Positions 59,914 through 64,000 of a stretch of 64,000 bases of DNA are shown in pieces. Origin of the DNA: Cytophagaceae bacterium (lineage in GTDB: Bacteria > Bacteroidota > Bacteroidia > Cytophagales > Flexibacteraceae); the NCBI GenBank assembly GCA_027485575.1, contig JAIXQU010000104.1, positions 19,984-83,983 of the forward strand, read 5' to 3'. How positions within the stretch are numbered: position 1 is the stretch's first letter; each line of letters starts with the position of its first letter. Under the pieces are notes generated by a model that was not told where the DNA came from, made no database searches, and saw only the letters and a list, made by a program, of their open reading frames with translations. A program made the translations under genes and the position numbers.

Positions 59914-60222
59914 AATCAGCCATTTACGCATCAAACATTGGTCAAACTTTTTCTTTGAATAATACCATTGAAAAAATAACACTTCATTGAGCCAGAAAAA
60001 TTTTGGACTCAATTCCAAAGCAATTCTATTTCTACAACATAAAACAATGACAAACCCAAGCAAAATTGAATTTTTCTAAGGTAAAAATATGATTTCAAAA
60101 ATTGCACTTATCAAATATTCCAATTGACGAAACTGCCCTTTAAAGAAGAATTTCGCTGAAATTCTAAGATTTCACAAAATTTTCTATGGTTTGAGGGGTC
60201 ATAATTTTTAATTTTTTGAACC

Positions 60223-60230
60223 TACATTTG
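60223..60230 (+). promoter_or_regulatory. -7 promoter box TACATTTG
   Basis: Exact TAnnTTTG about 110 nt upstream of the first possible start of the heparinase-like gene. Confidence 0.35.
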
Positions 60231-60341
60231 CATCATAAAATAGTAAAACTTCCTTTCGTTGTTTGGAATGAGGTCAAGAGGAAAAAAAAATGATTTTTTA
60301 GGCGCTTTACCAATTACAGGAACAATCATCCAAAACCAATT

Positions 60342-62270
60342 TTGCAATATCATCAGAAGGTAAAAAAACCAGGGAAGCTTTCATTACTTATTGGGATTTT
60401 ATCCAACATGGGAATCCGCTATTTCATTTTTCGATTGTTTTATGAATTGAAAAGGAAATCAGGATTACTTAGAAAAACTTATCCGCAAAATCCTGAAAGA
60501 CTACAGTACCCTGACTTCCAAAATTGGAAATCTTCCTTTTTAAGATGGCCATGGGGCGCATTGGAAAATCTGGATATCGAAAAAAATAAAGACCAGGTAC
60601 TTGCACAATCTGCCAAGGAAATTTTAGAAAACAGATTGATGCTCTTTAATTCTATTCCCTATCAATTTTTGAAAAAAGAAGATTGGATAACCAATCCAGA
60701 TACCGGGTTTGTATATGATAAAAATAAACATTGGACTAAAATAGCCGATTTTGACCAAACGGCTGGTGATATCAAATACGTCTGGGAAAAGTCCAGATTT
60801 AGTTTTCTTCATTCCATATTAAGATATGACCATCATTTTGAAATGAACCACTCAGAATGGGTTTTTAAGGAAATAGAAGGCTGGATGGAAATGAATCCCA
60901 TTAACTCAGGACCCAATTTCAGATGCAGCCAGGAAATTAGTTTGAGGATAATTAATTGGCTGGGTGCAATTTCATTTTACCAAAACAGCAATTCAATTAC
61001 TGAAAGCAGATGGAAAAACATGGTTCACTATATGTATTGGCAAGTTCATCATGTGAGGCAAAACATACAGTTTTCACGGATTGCCGTCAGGAACAACCAC
61101 GCCATAACTGAATGTCTTACTTTATATATTTTCGGCACTTTGTTCCCTCAATTGCCTCATGCTCAGGAGTGGAAAGAAAAAGGAAAAAAATGGTTTGAAG
61201 AAGAAATTGAATACCAGGTTTATCCGGATGGGAGTTATCTTCAATTTTCCATGAATTACCACAGGGTAGTAGTTCAACTTCTTACCCTCGCCATTCGATT
61301 TTCAGATATTCACAAAGATAAATTTTCAGCTATAGTTTACACAAGGGCAGCGAAAAGTCTGGATTTCTTAAAGTGCTGCCAGGACCCTATTTCCGGCCAA
61401 CTTCCCAATTATGGGGCAAATGATGGCGCATTATTTTTTCAATTTAGCAATTTGCCTTACCGGGTTTTCACAAGTCAACTCAATGCCCTTCAGGTTGCAT
61501 TGTATGGTAAAAACGAAAATCCAGAGAATGATTTTGAAGAATCTCAGTGGTTTGGTGCAGCCGAAAAACCAGTTCTTTTTGAGAAATATCATATGCCAAA
61601 TAAGGCACATTTGTTTTCGGCGGGAGGCTTTGCCACGATTCAGGAGGAAAAAACCCTGACTTTTTTCAGATGTGGGCGTCACGAGGATCGACCGTCCCAG
61701 GCAGATAATCTGCACGTGGATATCTGGCATGAAGGCGAAAATATATTTCGGGATGGCGGTACGTATAAATACAATGCAGAAGAGGAAGACATTAAATACT
61801 TCTTTGGCACCAGAAGCCATAATGCTATTATGGTCAATGGCGAAGACCAAATGAGGAAAGGCCCCAGATTTGTGTGGCTAAATTGGTCCCAGGCCATTGG
61901 TTTATCCTTAAAAGAAGATTCGGATTTCTGGAAAATATCGGGTGAAGCCATCGTTTTTGACCAATTGAAAAGAAGAATAATTCAGAAAAGGATTATCACA
62001 AAATCAAAAACAAAAGCGGAATGGAAAATTGAAGATTCCTTTACCGGATTAAAAACAGATTTATTAGAGTTGTTATGGCACCCCTCGGAGGCCGGATTAA
62101 AAAACTTTGAAATTATAGTTAAGGATGGCCTTGGCAATCAGATATCACCAGAATTAGAAATAGGATTTGTATCGGAACAATATGGAAAAAAAATTGAAGC
62201 CCCTTTTTACAATTTCAAGTCTGAGTCACATCAGTTGACTACCATCATTTATCAAAAACCAAAGAATTAA
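60342..62270 (+). CDS. Heparinase II/III-like (alginate-lyase-fold) protein of a polysaccharide biosynthesis locus
   Basis: VRNNHAITECLTLYIFG in the toroid part and SQADNLHVDIWHEGENIFRDGGTYKYN in the C-terminal Hepar_II_III-like part. The start is uncertain (TTG at 60342 or Met 23). Confidence 0.65.
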   Translation: MQYHQKVKKPGKLSLLIGILSNMGIRYFIFRLFYELKRKSGLLRKTYPQNPERLQYPDFQNWKSSFLRWPWGALENLDIEKNKDQVLAQSAKEILENRLMLFNSIPYQFLKKEDWITNPDTGFVYDKNKHWTKIADFDQTAGDIKYVWEKSRFSFLHSILRYDHHFEMNHSEWVFKEIEGWMEMNPINSGPNFRCSQEISLRIINWLGAISFYQNSNSITESRWKNMVHYMYWQVHHVRQNIQFSRIAVRNNHAITECLTLYIFGTLFPQLPHAQEWKEKGKKWFEEEIEYQVYPDGSYLQFSMNYHRVVVQLLTLAIRFSDIHKDKFSAIVYTRAAKSLDFLKCCQDPISGQLPNYGANDGALFFQFSNLPYRVFTSQLNALQVALYGKNENPENDFEESQWFGAAEKPVLFEKYHMPNKAHLFSAGGFATIQEEKTLTFFRCGRHEDRPSQADNLHVDIWHEGENIFRDGGTYKYNAEEEDIKYFFGTRSHNAIMVNGEDQMRKGPRFVWLNWSQAIGLSLKEDSDFWKISGEAIVFDQLKRRIIQKRIITKSKTKAEWKIEDSFTGLKTDLLELLWHPSEAGLKNFEIIVKDGLGNQISPELEIGFVSEQYGKKIEAPFYNFKSESHQLTTIIYQKPKN

Positions 62271-62275
62271 AAAAA

Positions 62276-63517
62276 ATGAGAATTCTTTTGATACACCAAT
62301 ATTTCCTCGAAAAGCAGGATGCCGGTGGTTCAAGATTTAATGAAATGACGAAAATATGGGCTTCTGAAGGCCATAAAGTGACAGTAATTGCCGGGATGAT
62401 TCATGCCAATGCGTCAAAAAAATATCCCAGATATAAGGGCAAATTCTTTTTCAAGGAAGAGTTTTCGCCCAACATCACAGTTCTTCGATGCCATGTTTCA
62501 GAAAGTTACAATGTCAATTTTATTGGTCGGTTATGGGGATATTTTTCGTTTGTATTTTCAAGTATTCTTGGGTTTTTCCTTAAGGTGAAGGGACCGTTTG
62601 ATATGGTTTTGGTAACCTCACCGCCCCTATTTGTGGGAATTACAGGGCTGGTTATCAGCAAAATAATGAGAATTCCATTGGTTTTTGAAGTGAGGGATCT
62701 TTGGCCGGAGTCGGCGATAGATACAGGTGTTTTGACCAACAAACCCATTATTAAAATGGCATATTGGTTTGAAGCTTTGATGTATAAATCGGCCAGTTTG
62801 ATTAATGTTTTAACACCTGCATTCCAAAAAACATTGATAGAGAAAAAGGGAATAAATCCCTCCAAAATAATCATGATTCCCAATGCCACAGACTTTTCAT
62901 TGTCGGACCATCTGTTGCCTATTGTTGACAGAGAAAAATTGAGAACTGAATTGGGGTGGACAGATAAATTCGTTATCGTTTATGTCGGGGCACATGGCGT
63001 TGCCAATCACCTGGAACAAATTCTGGATGCAGCGGATAGACTGAGAGATACAAATGCCTTGTTTGTATTGATTGGAGATGGGATGAGAAAACCTGATTTG
63101 AAAGCAAAAGCAAAAGAAATGAAGCTTGAAAATGTCCGGTTTATGGACCCTGTAAACAAGGAAAAAGTTTTTGAATACATCATTGTCTCAGATGCAGGTG
63201 CATCCATTTTGAAAAAGGTTGACACTTTCAAAACCATTTACTCAAACAAAACTTTTGACTACATGGGTTGCAAAATACCAATCTTAATGGTCATTGATGG
63301 GATTTCTAAAGTTCTGGTAGAAGACGCCAAGGCCGGAATCTATGTAGAACCCGAAAATGCCGAAGACTTTTCAGAAAAAATTATTTGGATGATGAACCAC
63401 CAGGAAGAAACCAAAAAGATGGGCGAAAACGGATATGCATATGCCAAAATGCACATGGACAGAAATGTCTTAGGTTATAAATATCTTCAAAATCTTTTGA
63501 AATTTGACAGAAAATAA
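62276..63517 (+). CDS. Glycosyltransferase family 4, WbuB-like
   Basis: MRILLIHQYFLEKQDAGGSRFNEMTKIWASEGHKVTVIAG is the characteristic WbuB-type N-terminus. RDLWPES and a C-terminal GT-B domain are also present. Confidence 0.8.
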   Translation: MRILLIHQYFLEKQDAGGSRFNEMTKIWASEGHKVTVIAGMIHANASKKYPRYKGKFFFKEEFSPNITVLRCHVSESYNVNFIGRLWGYFSFVFSSILGFFLKVKGPFDMVLVTSPPLFVGITGLVISKIMRIPLVFEVRDLWPESAIDTGVLTNKPIIKMAYWFEALMYKSASLINVLTPAFQKTLIEKKGINPSKIIMIPNATDFSLSDHLLPIVDREKLRTELGWTDKFVIVYVGAHGVANHLEQILDAADRLRDTNALFVLIGDGMRKPDLKAKAKEMKLENVRFMDPVNKEKVFEYIIVSDAGASILKKVDTFKTIYSNKTFDYMGCKIPILMVIDGISKVLVEDAKAGIYVEPENAEDFSEKIIWMMNHQEETKKMGENGYAYAKMHMDRNVLGYKYLQNLLKFDRK

Positions 63518-63814
63518 AAACAAGAAACAAATTCATCCAGTTAATTCATTGATAAACAAATACTTAAAACTATAGACTGGAATCCCGCTTTTTTTACCTT
63601 TCTTTGCACCACTTAAACTAATCTTTTAACCTTGGTTTTACAGGCCCTTTAAGGTTCAAAAGATTACCCTGATGGGCAGCCCTTGCGACGTATCGGCTTT
63701 CTAATTTAAAAATTCATCGAATCTTTTCGAAAAATTTATCAGGACATCCTCCTTAAATGAATGATGAACCACGTCGAAAATTTTTCGGGGCCTGCTCGTT
63801 TATAATAACAGTCA

Positions 63815-64000
63815 ATGACTTTTGAAAACCTCGATTTAATCGAACCTATTTTGCGTGCCCTGAAAGAAGAAGGGTACACAACACCAACCCCAATCCAGGA
63901 ACAGTCCATTCCATCCTTATTACTGGGAAAAGACCTTCTTGGATGCGCCCAAACAGGAACTGGAAAAACGGCAGCTTTTGCCATTCCAATTCTTCAAATT
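63815..64000 (+). CDS. DEAD-box ATP-dependent RNA helicase (N-terminal fragment, runs off window end)
   Basis: My translation is [62 protein letters not shown], which has the Q-motif and motif I. The opposite-strand ORF 63739..63984 is spurious. Confidence 0.9.
   Translation, partial: MTFENLDLIEPILRALKEEGYTTPTPIQEQSIPSLLLGKDLLGCAQTGTGKTAAFAIPILQI

Noticed and set aside
63739-63984. An 81-aa minus-strand ORF at the right edge of the window.
   Set aside because: The plus strand here encodes an unmistakable DEAD-box helicase N-terminus (Q-motif and AQTGTGKT), so the minus-strand ORF is its shadow.

Overview
This is a 64-kb AT-rich chromosomal segment that almost certainly comes from a member of Bacteroidota. 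The evidence is T9SS C-terminal sorting domains, a PorV/PorQ-type barrel, a TonB-dependent receptor with a CarboxypepD_reg-type N-terminus, a GH97 glycosidase, TAnnTTTG -7 promoter boxes, and the typical hydrolase-CBS-nadK-beta-barrel neighbourhood. Most of the window is densely packed housekeeping: fused 2-oxoacid dehydrogenase E1, nadK, pabA/trpG-like amidotransferase, ugd plus UDP-xylose synthase, ppa, rpmB, rocD, groES-groEL, sucA-sucB, tsaC, dusB, recG, folC, an ECF sigma module, mnmA, nnr, an alkB-like hydroxylase, and the edge of a polysaccharide locus. I found no rRNA, tRNA, CRISPR array, transposase, integrase or phage gene, so this is not an obvious mobile or defence island. The best candidate for an undescribed system is a tightly packed six-gene minus-strand operon (15490-26461). 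All six products are exported: two very large surface proteins with T9SS-type C-terminal tails, a lipoprotein, a non-SusC TonB-dependent barrel, a PorV/PorQ-family barrel and an NHL-repeat lipoprotein. I cannot match this composition to any characterised system. Reading the intergenic DNA gave two decayed genes that the ORF track does not show. One is a DUF167/YggU-family gene interrupted by a single in-frame TAA (26663-26926). The other is a 5'-truncated, frameshifted D-lactate dehydrogenase relic (about 36740-37281). Other points of interest: an orphan NuoN-type antiporter subunit joined by a TAATG overlap to a glutamine amidotransferase; a SucB with two lipoyl domains; a nested inverted repeat upstream of groES; an identical 16-nt promoter core in front of two secreted-protein genes; and a lipoprotein combining TIG, LysM and OmpA domains. 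All family calls come from reading motifs in the translations. No database search or computation was run.
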